This document shows positions 35,255 to 49,300 of a stretch of DNA of 64,000 nt, piece after piece. The notes below the pieces were generated by a model that saw only the letters and a list, made by a program, of their open reading frames with translations, had not been told where the DNA came from and made no database searches. The position numbers were made by a program, and so were the translations under genes. Source of the stretch: Callorhinchus milii (Eukaryota); NCBI RefSeq assembly GCF_018977255.1, contig NW_024704742.1, positions 69,690,001 to 69,754,000 of the forward strand. The letters run 5' to 3'. Each line of letters begins with the position of its first letter. Position 1 is the first letter of the stretch.

Positions 35255-35700
35255 AATTATACAGGAGAATGTCCCAAGGCGCTTAACAATATGGCTCGAC
35301 ACCCGAGCTGGGGTGGAAGCTGAGAGAGGGCGGTGGAGAGGGGAAAGATGCCAAAAGCGTGGTCAAAGAGGTAGATCTCTTGCTGTAAGTGAGGGAGGGA
35401 GTGAGTTCGAGGCATCTGGAATGGAGGTCCAGAGAGGGGGGGCAGAAAGGCTGAAAGCCCACCAAATGGGAGAGCAGGTGGTAGTGGGGCTGCGACATGA
35501 AGCAGACTGTTGCCTGCTGAGTGAAGGATGTGGCTGGGTTGGTAGGGTTTGAGGAGGTCAGTGAGGTAAGGTGGGACAAGCTCCTGGAGGAATTTATAGG
35601 TGAGAACAAGGATCTGCTGGGGCATGGGGAGCCAATGGTACACTGGGAGAGAATGGGGGGGTGATAGGCTCCTGGAGCTTGGTGCAAGAGAGGAGATAGG
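35255..35700 (-). mobile_element. Decayed L2 3' fragment
   Basis: HWLPMPQQILVLTYKFLQELVPPYLTDLL in track ORF 35257..35643. Confidence 0.8.
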
Positions 35701-36661
35701 CTAAGTTAAATGGTTTACCATAAACAGGGTACAATAATAATCCTTGCATTTGATATAGCCCTTTATCAAGTTGTTTAGACGTTTCAAAGCATTTCACAGA
35801 ATTATTATTTTGTAAAAATGTGAAGGGCTTATTAGCCCCAGAGAGTGATCTCCCAATTGACTAACAAGCAGGTTCCTACTTACTGCTAGGCAAACAGACG
35901 CATGCGGAGTAAGGAAACTTGCAAAAGGTTTCACCCTGCCCAGGAATTGAACCCAGTCCTCTTGCTTGTGAGGTGAGCGCGCTAACCAATCCACTCAGAA
36001 GATGCCTCTAGTACCAACAGAATAGTACCTCCTTGACATACAAGACAAAATGCCCAACTACAGTACCCAAAGCAGAGAAATAGTGCAGTGTTGAAAGGCT
36101 GTTAAGGAAAACACTCTCTTAATGAAGGCATGAGACTGGCTACTAAATGGGCTTGTGACATCTTATGGCAGATCAATATTGCCCCAATTACTTGCTTGAT
36201 TTTGTTTTACTGATGTACTAACCAATTTAGATAGTTTATAACCACTTCCATGGCACTTAATTGGAATATCGGCCATACTTTTGACCACTGGACAGACTTA
36301 ACCGTGGTCGTGTCTGCCGTCGTTGCCATTGCTATAAAATCCCGATTAATTCAGGCTGCAGTAACCTGATGGATTCTGTAAACAGTACTCTCATGCCATG
36401 GAGGCATTCAGTCACAAAATACAGACACTACTGGTCACAGTGAGTCATGGAAAGAGTTTGAGTTGTTAACAAATACAAAGATTATATTTTTTATAAAATT
36501 ACTCTGGGGACAGTTTAATATGAAGTGGGATCCTTCAATAATAATATACAAATAATAATCCTTGCATTTGATATAACACCTTATCACGTCATTGAGGCGT
36601 TTCAAAGCACTTCACAGAATATATTCTTTAGTGGATTGACTATATTTTGTGGGCAAAACAC

Positions 36662-37150
36662 AGCAACAGCAACAAAATTACATTTGTATAGCGCCTTTCA
36701 CATTGGGAGGACATCCCAAGGCGCTGGACAGTCAAGAGTTTCAGACCCAAGCTGGGAGTCGGGATTGGGAAGGGTGGAGGGTAGGGGGAGAAGCAGGGTG
36801 GTCAAAAGCACGGTTGAAAAGGAGGGTCTTGAAATGGGTTCTTGAAGGAGGCAAGGGAGGGAGGAGGCGAGGCAGGAGGACTGCGGGATGGAGTTCCAGA
36901 GGGTGGGGGCAGAGTGGCAGAAGGCCCGCCCGCCAATGGTGGGGCGGGTGAGGCGGTGGACCTGAAGCAGGCTGAAGCCTGCTGAGCAGAGGGTGCGAGC
37001 AGGATGGTAGGGGGTTAGGAGGTCGCAGAGGTAAGGGGAGCAAGACCATGGAAGGCTTTGAAGGTGAGGACCAAAATCTTGAACTGTATCCTCTGTGTAA
37101 TGGGAAGCCTAGTGCGGGCTGCAGAGTTCTGAGGGAGGAGTTCTGGAGGC
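36662..37150 (-). mobile_element. L2 3' fragment
   Basis: LPITQRIQFKILVLTFKAFHGLAP in track ORF 37015..37275; L2 3' UTR and tail. Confidence 0.87.
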
Positions 37151-37584
37151 TGGCAAGCAAGCAGCAACCAATGGTGCACAGCAGTGTTCCACAAACCATC
37201 ATGGATTGAGTCACCACGTGCTTTATTTGTTTTTAGAGGGCTTAGTACTCCCGAAAGTGATCCTCCAATTGACACTAGATTCCTACTTGCTGCTCGGTTA
37301 ACAGAGGCATGAGGAATAACAACAACAGCAAAATTACATTTACAGAATGGCTTTCAAATCGGGAGGACGTCCCAAGATGCCGGAAGAAGGAAACTTGTCT
37401 AAGGTTTCGCCCTGCCCGGGAATCAAACCCAGGTCCTCTTGCTTGTGAGGTGAGCAGGCTGACCACTATTCTACAGGCCTCCATGACCACTAAACTAAGG
37501 GACTTCAGAATCTCATGCGCAAATCGATTTTGTCTCCTTGCTCTGTCACAATTGCAGAGATGTAGCAGAATCCATCAGAGGTTA

Positions 37585-38170
37585 CAACAACAACAACATT
37601 ACATTTGTAAAGTGCCTTTCACATCGGGAGGATGTCCCAAGGCGCTGGACAGACAGAGTTAAGAACCTGAGCTGGGGGTCGGGGAGTATGGAGAGCAGGG
37701 GGGGGAAGCAGGAAGATTGAAAGCACGGTCGAAGAGGAGAGTCTTGAAGGTGGCAAGGGAGGCGGCGAGACGGAGGGACTACGGGATGGAGTTCCAGAGG
37801 GTGGGGGCAGAGTGACGAAAGGGTCGGCCGCCATAGTGGGATGAGCGAGGCGGAGGACATGAAGCAGGCCGGAGCCCGCTGAGCGGAGGGAGCGAACATT
37901 GTAGGGGGTCAGGAGGTCGCAGAGGTAGGGGGGAGAGCAAGACAGTGGAGGGCTTTGAAGATGAGGACCAGGATCTTGAACTGTATCCTCTGTGTGATGG
38001 GAAGCCAATGGAGTTGGGTAAGGATGGGGGTCATATGGTCACAGAGCGGGAGAGGACACGGGCTTCAGAGTTCTGGATGAGGAGTTGGGGAGGCCGACAA
38101 GCAATGAGTTTGCATAGTTGAGCGTCGATGTAATGAAAGCACGTATGAGGGTTTCGGCGGCCTGCATAAG
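37585..38170 (-). mobile_element. L2 3' fragment
   Basis: Reverse complement of the L2 3' region (LHWLPITQRIQFKILVL-coding sequence, hairpin, (CAA)n on the plus strand). Confidence 0.88.
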
Positions 38171-40171
38171 ACCTTATGTAACATTTTAAATGGGATTGAA
38201 AACGTAAAGCCAGAAAAATACTTTGACGGTAGAACAAGAGTGCATAGATTTAGAGTTGCAAATGGCAATTTCAAGACCTTGGGAGTTTATCTCAAAGTGC
38301 TTCACTCAACTGACTGAGCCCGACCTGCAGTGGAGCGCCCCTTTTGGTGGAGAACAAAGTAGGCAAAAAAGGAAATGTCAGAGGTGGGTGTTGTTGCAGA
38401 GGTGATGGAGAGCAAAGTGAGCGTGGACATAGAACTTGAAGGATAGTTTAACAAGATACTGAGGTTCTGCACCGGCTCTGTGAGATGGAATGAGCATCTG
38501 TGCAGGTCAAAGCAGTTGGCTCATTGACTGAGCCAAGCCTGTACCTAATTAATGAGAGGAGGACTGGCACAAAGATGGAGAAGAACTTGACTAGGAGAAT
38601 TTAATTTATTTGTGCTCAATGCAGATTATACAATGAAGTAGGAAACATTGGCTATTGAAGTGCACAAATGCAGAAAATTCTGAGTCACTTCCAATGTAAT
38701 CACTGAGTTAATTAAATGCCATTGCTCCACGCGCAATTACTTTTTGTTTACTAACAGTTTTTTTTTAATCTTCGCGTTTGATACAGTGCCTTTCACTTTT
38801 TGATCGGCCAACAAAACAAATTTTCTTAATTCAATATTCCTTGATTTATGCAATAATCACGAAAAATCTGGAACCAAAACATTGATTTAAAACAGACTCA
38901 TCTCCTGTGAATGTTTGGGGGGCCACTTCTGGCCCACAGGCCATGGGTTTGCCTCCGCTGCTGTAAAGTGTAGTGACTGTATATTCATAGGTAAATGCAG
39001 CAGCCAATTATTCGCACAATTATATCCCACAAATAGCCATGAAGTGAGTAACCAATTGTACCTGGGGCATTGTTGGCCAGGACATCGGGAGAAACTCTTT
39101 TTGAATAGTGCCACAGGACCTTTATTGTCCACCTGAACAGACAGAACCTGGGTTTAATGTCTACTCCAACAACGACTACTGCCATTCTTCACGACCCATT
39201 GGTGGCTGTGCAGTCAACCACCATGCCCTAACTCTGCCAGAGGCACCAACTTTTGGATAAGTCTTTAAGTCAGGCTTCATTTTATCTGCCTATCCGGGTG
39301 GATGATAAAATCCCACAATATTAGTCGAAAAGACTTCCTCCTGGCCAGAAGCTTTGCGATAAATTGCTCACTCACCTCATCGCTGTTTCGGGGAACAATA
39401 ATGTGTGCAAGTTAGCTAGCATGTTTGTCCGACAATTTCATTAGATCCTATGAAATAGTTGCAGATGTCCTCCCAACTTTAAAAAAAAACTGCATTTATA
39501 CAGCGCCTTTCATGTCGGAAGAATGTCCCAAAACGCCGGACAATCAAGTGTTTGCACCCAAACTGGGGGTTGAATACAAGAGGGGTGGGGACCAAGGGAG
39601 GAGAGGGCGGGACTGGGAAGATAACCAAGGGCAAAGAAGAAGGACTTGATATGGACTTTGAAGGAGGCTAGGAAAGAGTCAAGGTGAAGGGATTCAAAGA
39701 TGGAGTTCAGAATAGAAGGAAAAAAGCAAAAAACACGAAAACCGCAAGGATTATTATTATTACTACTACTAACATAGTCACTACAATTTACAAGGGAAGC
39801 GATTTGAGAGGTATTAGATCCAAGGACTATTATTTCACTGACAACTGCCTGCCTCTGCCTTCAAGTTACAACCGCAAGCAAACCAAGCGACTTAAGCAAA
39901 TCAGATTGAAGCCTGCCCCTGGGTTGTCTCAGCAATTCTCAGCTGCAGTCTCCATAACATATGCTCTTTACCACAGCGATCTCCCTCCTCGAAGACTCCA
40001 CTAACTCCGACAGTACTGTTATTTCAGTTAGCATGCTGTACAGTCAGCAACTACCTCGGGATATAATTCTTTCCCAATGACACAGTAGCTTAGGTAAAAG
40101 ACTCCAAATTAAAACCGTGCTGAGGCACAATTACAGGTAAATGACACATCTCGTTTCAAAAAAATATTTAT

Positions 40172-40214
40172 ATACATTTTAATACACATTTTAATACACG
40201 TTTTAATACGTTTT
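40172..40214. repeat. Short 12-bp tandem repeat
   Basis: atacattttaatacacattttaatacacgttttaatacgtttt. Confidence 0.75.
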
Positions 40215-43200
40215 CACTTCAATCACAGACTGAAGTGTAACATATGATCGGACGACCGCATTAAAACAAGTGGGTTTCATCTGGCATTATGTGAAGCATG
40301 ATAATGATACAGGAGCTGCTGTTTCCCCCCCTCCCCACCCCATGCTGTCACCTCCTTCTCCTCCAAGATGATAAGACACAGCGGTGAGCAAAGTGCTGGG
40401 TATTTGTATGCGTGTGCATCCCACCACTTTCCTGCAGCCTATTAGCTGTTTGCCCAAATGGGCTTATGCTCGTCTTCTGGGCACTGGAGTTCCGGATAAA
40501 CTCACAGCGTATAGAGAGATGCTTAGTACTAGTCAAGGAGGGTTTAACCACAGGAACAGGAATACAAAAACATACTGTCCAAATACACACCCACTGCACA
40601 TATTAACACCCACCGCAAGCACACCCTCCCCCTCCCCGCCCCACACCACGCATCACACCATCCAACCCCACATCACAATGAATGGACCACAGATTTGTCA
40701 GCTTGTCTCAGTTGGTTGCACTCTTGCCTCAGTCTGAAGGCTCAAGTCCTACATGATCCTTGCATTTGAGCGGGTGGTGCTTCAATGGATTACTAGGGGA
40801 CAACTTTACTACACATCCTATATTGACTGACCATATTATTATTTCCTCTGTACAGCGACATGCTATTACACATCTTCTGTACAGCGACCATATTATTATA
40901 AGTAAAGTAAGCATGTTATAAGCCCTATGTACTGCGATCATGTCATTACTCACCCGTTTATTATGTGCGTTTGGTATTTAGTAGTTTAGTATTTCCTGTA
41001 CAGTGTGCATGCACAGTGAACTCTTTCTATACCTGGAAAGGAGGTGCCATTAGCGGCAAACTAATTACCCTAGAAAAGCTTTGTTTGCACTTCCTCGGAA
41101 TGCAGTCTTAAGAATTTTGAGATCCAAACGACTGTGTTATAATAGTCACCCGCTGTGTATATTATTATATATAGATGTGTTATATGTGCACTGCATGTGC
41201 ACTAGTGCCTACAGCACATACTACACACACCCAGCACCCAGGAGGCTTCAGCAGCAACCTGAGAATTCAGTTATTAATTGTGGGGAAATGTGCCAGTCCA
41301 TTTGCCAAAACCAAAAGCAGCCCACAACACTCCCTGTATGGCACTAGTGTGAGTATAGGCTTCTCCCACACCAGCTTTGGTACGGGCTTGGGGGAGGAGG
41401 CAATAGGAGGAGGGGATACTGCATTGTTAGAGATGACGTTCTCCATTAAAATGAGGCATTAAACTGAGGTCTAATGTGTCTGATCAGATGAACGTTAAAG
41501 ATCCCACGGCACTATTGGAGAAGTGAAGGTTGGGGAGAGGGGTTAGAGAGGGTCAGCCTGTCGGTGTTCATAAAATTGATTGTTCATTTCATTGCTGTAA
41601 TCAAATTGGCTTGTGTGCTTGCCAGGAAGTACACAGTCACTGCACTAGATACTAATTAAAACACACACTGCAATGTGATGGGCACTAAATAAAACACACG
41701 GTCATTATAGGATTATGTTACACCGAAAGCATTGTTAAGGTCTCATGGTTTTAAATGAGGAATCAGGGGAGCCTGTTTGGTCGAGTTAATTGCACTCTGC
41801 AAAGTTTTTAATCTCAATTTCAGGAGAGTTCGGTAGCGTGGCTCGTGGCCACTTAAGAATCAATGAAAAGATGCCAAATGCTTTTTCATGAAGACAGGGC
41901 CTCATTGAAGCTCTTAAAATCATTCTGCAAAGTGACAGTCTGTTACCATAGCTATAAATGCCCCTTTACCTTCCTCTGCTGTCAACTGACTTGCCGTTCA
42001 GATCCCTTCGCTTTATTAAGAAGAAATAATATAAAGGTCTTTCAGAGAATGATAACGAAAAATGGAGACAGCAGTCTATCTCCAGTGCCACCCATTACGT
42101 TAAACACTTAAATGATGTATTAAAGGCAGACAATTCCTCAGACAGCTGCTAACTATCACAGAGGGATTAATTAAACCAACTACTGTGATGTAGTGGATCT
42201 ATGCAAAGATAAGCTGTACGGTGGGTAAAGTCTTAATTAAAATCAATAGCACTACAGACCATTTTCAATGAAAAGGCTCCGTGAGGGAGTGTTTCATGGT
42301 GAAGCAATTTTACTTACAGTACAGTACCAGGATTCCTCTGCATTTACAATACGTAGGTAGATGCTAGAAATTAACCTGCCCCGTCCATTTGCAGGAGGTG
42401 GATTCCCGCTGCTTAGAATCGTACGGCAAACGTAAGTTAAGAGGAGATGTGGCCCGAGTACCCAGTACAGGGAGCGAGGTGACAGCCTACTGCACACATC
42501 ACCTGCAAAATCGGTAGCCGTGCCTTCAGCCACTACTCCCCAAACCTCTGGAACTCCCCTTCTCAATCCCTCCACCTTGCCCCTTCTTACCTATCTTTAG
42601 ATCGCACCTGAAGACTTTCCTCTTCCATTATGCCTATGTTGCCTCCCCTTTCTTCCTGGCTCGGCCTCAAACTACGCCATTGTTCAGGGCTCCGAGATGC
42701 TGTCCAGTGTGAATGACCCCACAAAAATGCTAAGTTGTTGTTGCTAAAACTCCATTGTATTACCGGACGAGTGGAAAGAGTGCTGCATTGTCTGAGCTGC
42801 CCTCCTTCGAGCGAGATGTTAAGCCCTATCTACGTGTTCTGCAGGTGGGTGATAAAGATGCTGTGGCACTATTTGAAAAAAGGAATGGAGTTTTCTCTCC
42901 TGGTTTCCTAGCCAACAATTCCTCAGATAAGAATAATAAGAGCTAATTCCCCTCATAGTGTGACCTTGCTATGCACGATACATTTTCCAGCAAAAAAAAG
43001 GCACTATCCTCGACAATAAATACTACTTAAGGCTTTCAGTTGCTTTTGATATAAGGCATGATAAAAAGGCATGTTTGTTGTTTCTGACGCCTGCCGTGCC
43101 TGTACATTCACTGCAGCTATTGAGGCTCATCATAAGGAGCTGTAGTGGGGCAGGGGTGTCAGGATAAAAGGTCACTGGCAAATCGTGGCTTAAAAATAAA

Positions 43201-45284
43201 TTTGGAAGTCGATATTATTAATAATAATCCTTGCATTTGATATAGCACCTTTTCACATCGTTGAGACATCTCCAAGTGTTTTACAGAATATATTGTAAAT
43301 TGAATTCACTGTATATTTTGTGGGTGAAATGCAGCAGCCAATTGTTGTCCCTCAAACTATCGTGGATTCAGTGACCAAATTTTAAAAAAAAATGTTTTTA
43401 AGGGATTACCCCCAGAAAGCAATCAACAATGGCCTGTCTACTTACTGCTAGCTAAACAGAGACGTTTCAAGTAAGGAATCTTGCCTACAGTTTTGCCCCT
43501 CCCGAGAATCAAACCCAGGTCCTCTCATTAGCGAGGTGAGTGCGCTAACCAACACTGACTGCCAGAGGAATGATCACATGTACCCCAGAGTGAGTGGCAA
43601 TACACATCCGTGGTCCCTGATCCTTGGCTCTCGCCAACTTGTGCCCAATACTCCCTTGGAAAAGGATAAGCAGGGTGCGCCCCTACTGTGTGCATACCAT
43701 TCAGGGAAATTTCCAAGTGGGGATGGTGTATAAGTGGAATTCTCATTCTGGTTTGGATATTCTTAAGCACGGTGAAGAATTTCTGCATGTGTCAGACATC
43801 CAGCTAACCAATCCCCTCCCATCCCGAGGTGCCAAAGCCATCTTATTAGAAATCAATGCTGGGTTTTATTGAGCCCTCGTAAGTCATGTGCCAGGGTGTG
43901 TACCTGCTCCACAAACTTTGAGGCTTAAAATAATAATAATCCTTCATTTGATACAACGTGAGGATGTCGCAAACAGGCCATGAGGTTAACCACCAATTTT
44001 ATCTGGGGGATTGTGGGCCAGGACACCGGGTCAGAGAGAAACTCCCTTCCTGCTCTTCTTGAACTGTGCCACGGGATCTTTAACATCCACAGGCTGTGAT
44101 AAATCTTTCTGCAGTTCAGAGTAAACCCTTGGAGGCAGCCTCCTGTTTCTGACCAAACAACGAACCACTAGGAAACCGCTCTACTCCGATCTTGGCTCGT
44201 AATAAATCAAGTACTGTCGACAGGAATATCGACTGTGCAAACTCTGGGCTTTTTTTTTATTTAACCCCGAAGGAAATGAGAAGAAAGAAGAAAATGAAGG
44301 ACTCAACCACTGGGGCGTTTTTTTTAACTAAAATAGTAAGAACTATTAAGGAGCCGTTATAAACAAAAAAAGCCTCTTGTCACAAGGTTTGATAGAAAGT
44401 GAGTCACCCTCATGCATGGTACAGCACAGAGGGCTGCCAGTCACCGTAACAAAAGGATATTTATTATAATCATAAAAGGAACAAATTTAAAATAAAATTC
44501 TTTAAAGGTTGGACGGCGAAAATTTCTCCCCAAACACTGTAGCAGGAGGGGGGAGTCCATTTTAAGAGGGGAACCTGACAGCTTCTTGAAGAGGAGGAAC
44601 ATTAAATTGTAGGGTGTAGCGAGCAAGAGAGTGGGGTTTAATAAATCAATCTGTCCTTTGGAGGAGACCTTAAACTGAGGTCTGTGCCTGTTCAAGTGGA
44701 CATTAAAGATCCCACGGCACAACTTGGAAAGAGAAAGGAGTTTCTCTCTCTTGTGTCCTGGCCTGGCCAAGAATCCCCCAGACAGAAATTGTACATTCTC
44801 ATGGCTGCTTGTAGGATTCTGTTGTATGCAAATTGGCTGCAGAGTTTGCTCACAAAACAAAGGTTACACTGTACAGCAAACGCTTGCAGATTACAATAAT
44901 AATAATCCTTGCATTCGATATAGTGGCTTATCACGTTATCCCTGTTTCACCCCCCCTGGGAATCAAACCCAGGTCCTCTTGCTTGCAAGGCGCGTGTTCT
45001 AACCACTAAACATCAGGACACCATAGATCAGGAGCTCACTGGTTTGGTTTCTGATCTGCGTTTAATTTGGTGGTGTCAGCTGGGATTTCATGGGGGTGGG
45101 GGTTGAGTGGGGGGATAAATTGGCCTGGTCTTCCCAGGGTTCAGGAAAGGAAAACTAGCCAGGGGGCCGAGAGGTTCATGTTGTCATGGTAATAGATACT
45201 CAGCTGGTGCGAAACCTTAGGAAATTTTCCTTAAAAAAAGTGTTGACTCAATCCATGACTGTTTGTGAGACACTGCTGTGACCT

Positions 45285-45652
45285 GGTAACCCCTTATTAA
45301 CCTGTCCGCTCCCTCCGCTCAGCGGCTCCGGCCTGCTCCATGTCCCCCGCCCAGCCCGCCCCTCCATCAGCGCTTGGGCCTTCAGCCTATCTGCCGCCAC
45401 CCTCTGGAACTCCATCTCACATTCCCTTTGCCTCACTCCCTCCCTTGCCTCCTTCAAGGCACGTCTCAAGATCCACCTCTTTGACCATGCCTTCGGTCAC
45501 CCTCCTACCCCTATCCTCCCTGCCCTCCACCCCTCCAGTGGCTTATCTGATCCCAACCTCCTGCTCAGGTTCAAATCCCCAATTGTCCAGCTCCTCGGGG
45601 CGTCCTCCTGACATAAAAGACGCTACACACATGTAATTTGTTATTGTTGTTG
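45285..45652 (+). mobile_element. L2 3' fragment
   Basis: C-rich L2 3' UTR with degenerate hairpin and (TTG)n tail. Confidence 0.82.
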
Positions 45653-48600
45653 GCAAGCCCGGTAGATCATTTGCGCACAGCAGTGTCCCACAAACAGCCC
45701 AACGTGGGTTTTCCTCACAGTTCAAGTATTTTTATGGGAAAGAATGAGTTAAGATTAGGTGAGTTTTGTTTCCAGCATAGTGTGAGTGCCCTGGGTCAAT
45801 CAATGCAGCCGGTAGTTATTCAACTCTCTCAACACTATGCATAGCTCAGGAGCTTCTTACAATCTGCCTTTCACCAATGTCATCCTCCCTCACTATTTCT
45901 CTTGTGTTTTTAAAACAATATACAATAAGACTATAAATATCCTTGTTGGGAGTCTCACAATATGGATCACAGAATGGTTGACTCACAACTGAACACTTCA
46001 AACATATTTGTCTGCATTAACATATTTTGTCTCAAATAAAATGTTTCAGTCACTCGCTCAAAATCCTGGAATACTCTCTTTCAATCCCTCCACCTTTTCC
46101 TCTCTTTTCCCGTCTTCAGGTTGCACCTGATAACCTTCCTCGTCTACCGTGCTATGGTCACCTCCCCCGGCATTGTGTGCTCGGCCACTGTTAAATGTTC
46201 TGGGATGCTACCCTGCGTGGGCGGGCACTACATAAATGCAAGCTGTTGTTGTTGTTAATGCCCAGGTCCACCCCCTGCCTTCACAGGCTAGTTTTAAAGA
46301 TCTCTCTGCACTATCCGAAAAGAGAGGGAGGTTTCTCCTGGTGTCAAGGCTCACAATAGGCAAATTAATCATTCGACCTGTGGTCACTTGTGGGATTTGC
46401 TGTGCACAAATTGGTGTCTCTCCAAAAAACAGTCACACTTGTCAGTTATAATTGGTGAAGACAACGTGTTATATCTTATTTTGCAGAGATATAAGCACGC
46501 CACCTCCCCCCAACCTGGATCCACTGGCTCCCCATCCACCAGAATTGAGTTCAAGATCTTCGTCCCAACCTTTAAATTCCTCCATGGTCTTGCCCCACCC
46601 CAGCTCTACAATCTCCTCAAACCTACCAACTTGCTTTCTCACCTCAAGACTATCCTCTTTGACCGGTTATTCGGCCTTCCCCTCATCTCCCCCTGCAAAC
46701 TCAGATGCAAATCCTGGACTAACCAGCGCCTCCCAAAGTAAGAGGTGCTTATAAATGTAAATTTGTATCATATTGTAAATTCTTGGTTTCCCTCTCTCTC
46801 CCCCGATTTGGTCACTCAATCCACGACTCATTGTGGGACGCTGCTGTGCGCAATAGGCTGCTACGTTTCACCCACAAATATACAGTGAATTCACTTTACA
46901 GTATATTTTGTGAATCACTTTGAGAAATCTCGAAGAAGCGATAAGGCGCAATATTAAATGTAAGGATTATCAATATTATTGTTATTATCCTCTTATCCTT
47001 GGTGTAACCAATCCTCTTCAAGGAGACAATAAACTGAGCTGCACGAGGATCAGGCAAACCTGCTGCTTACACTCGGCCCAGCGTAAAACACACGTCTCAT
47101 GCAAGCTTTGCCATCGTCCAAAGCTTTAAAGCACGTTTGAAACAACCTGGGGGACGTGGTCAATGATCAGCCTCCCTCTCTCACACGGCATCTATCTACA
47201 GATGGCCTCCAGCTAAAATTATGTTTTGTGCTCAGTATTTGCTCCATGGTGGTCCGGGGAGTGAGGGGGGGAGGTGAATAGAAATGAAAGGGAAGCTTAT
47301 TGAATGACGTCAACAAGTTTTCCTTTCACACTGATCACAAGAGGCTTCTCTTGCAAGACATTTTCAAGCTTTTGGAGCAAAGCTCAAAATGCAACAGCAT
47401 ACAATTTTATATTTAAAACATCTCATGGAGTATTGCTTCTGACGTAGGTTCCAGTGATAGAAAATGAACGTCACCGCAGCAAGTTTGTTTTCTGTTACAA
47501 ACGCGGAGAATGAACATACAAGACTCAATAGAGGAACAGTTTAGGGCTGAGAATTCCAGAGGTAGGGGGAAGAGTGAGAAGAGAAAGCTTTGATAAATAC
47601 AAGTTGAAATGCATACAATCCTAAATGTAGACAGAGTGCAAGCATCATTCCAGCACCAGTTAACAGTTTCCCCTCTGGTTTCCTATTCACCACAATGACA
47701 AGCTGAATTGATCTCGCTTTCCAGTGAAAAGGGAGTCCAAAAGTTATTTGGAAAAGGAAGATCTACCTTTTTATATCCATCTTCTCCAGACTCTCTTACT
47801 TCTCTCTTCAACACAGCTTTACACTGGGGCTCAATTTGCACTTAGGCTGGAACTCCAAACAGGCCTGGTTGGAGTCCAGCTCTTGTTAGCTCTCTTGATT
47901 GTGACACCCTTTTACTGAGTCACACAAAAAAAATAGGTTGAGCATCAATAACCATAAAAAGCCATGACAGGGTTTATCAGAAACGTAGAGTTTTAATATA
48001 TCACACACCTTGGAAGAAAAGTCTGCACCACAGACAGCAACACAAGTCCCAATGCACTTTCCACAGCTGTCTGGCCTGTAAAGGGGAAGTGACAAGTGGG
48101 TGGGAGCTAAAGAGCGGGAGGGGAAGAAAGAGGATAAAATTTCAGTCACAGAAGAGATAAGTCTCAAGGCAGGCTTTAAAAAGGGGGAGGGAGCGTATGA
48201 GTCAGAGGGACTCGGGGATGGAGTTCCAGAAAGCAGGGACTTTGAGGCTCGAAGCTCAGTCGTTTACTTTGTTTGGAATAGTGGAGTGGTAAAAAAAACT
48301 TTCATAAAGAAAGGTTTTAATCAGCTTGGTTGGCGGTTCCTCAGCAGACTCCACACTCCCCATTGTAGCTGCCTCCGCAATTGAGTTGAACAGTCCTCTC
48401 CATTGTCAGACGAGATGCTTTGCAAAAACAAGGCCCTTTACATCACCCAGCCCATCAGTCATCACAAGCAAGCAACTGACAACTGTGGCAAAGCTGTGAG
48501 AATGTGCAGGCACAATCAGACTCGTGTCCCCATCTAACACTGTCCCACAACCAACACACTGTCTCCAAACTGAACAGAGTTCCGTGGATCTCCCGTACAC

Positions 48601-49300
48601 TTGGAAATATTTAGAATGGAATATGCACTCTCCCCACCCGGCCCCCCGCTGAAGAGACACAACCTGCTTACTCAATTCCGAGAACATTGGGCCCAGGTTG
48701 GTAAATCCCCAATGCTTGGGAACCTCAGGGTGTGCATAGAAGTTTGGATGGTCATTCAGTTTATGGCTGTTTGCCAGATGTTCCTGTTTGCAAATCGGCT
48801 ACTGCATTTGCCTGCAAGATACAGATGCTCAGCTCACTACACCTTACTTCACAGTAAAATCTTGAGAGGCGTTTTGAGACATCTGAATGGCATGATAAGG
48901 CCTGAATCAAATCAAGGATTCTTAAGATTTTTGGTAAATACAAGAAAGGGAAGCCTTGTGGGTGTACAGGTCTATTAAGGTTGGTTATCCTGCTGCCTGG
49001 TCAGTGTTTAAGGCACTCCAAGCAAGCCACTGAAAGCTGCAGCTTGTGTTTAAAGTTCAACTTTCAGTCTCATGCAACTGCTTTGCAGCTGCTTTCAGCC
49101 ACAACACCCCAAAAATCTTGAACATTTTTCCTCTATCCCTCTGCCTTCCCCATCTTCAAGTAGTGCTTGAAGATCTTACTCTTCGACCATACCTATGGTC
49201 ACCTCCCCTCAGCTCGACGTCATGCTCCGCCCCTGCCAAGCAGTCTGGGACGCTACCCTGCGTGAGGGGCGCTATACAAATGCGACTTGCTGTTGTTGTG

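Noticed and set aside
38334..38350. CTCF-like motif CCAAAAGGGGCGCT (minus)
   Set aside because: Mismatch at the core AG position; too weak to call.
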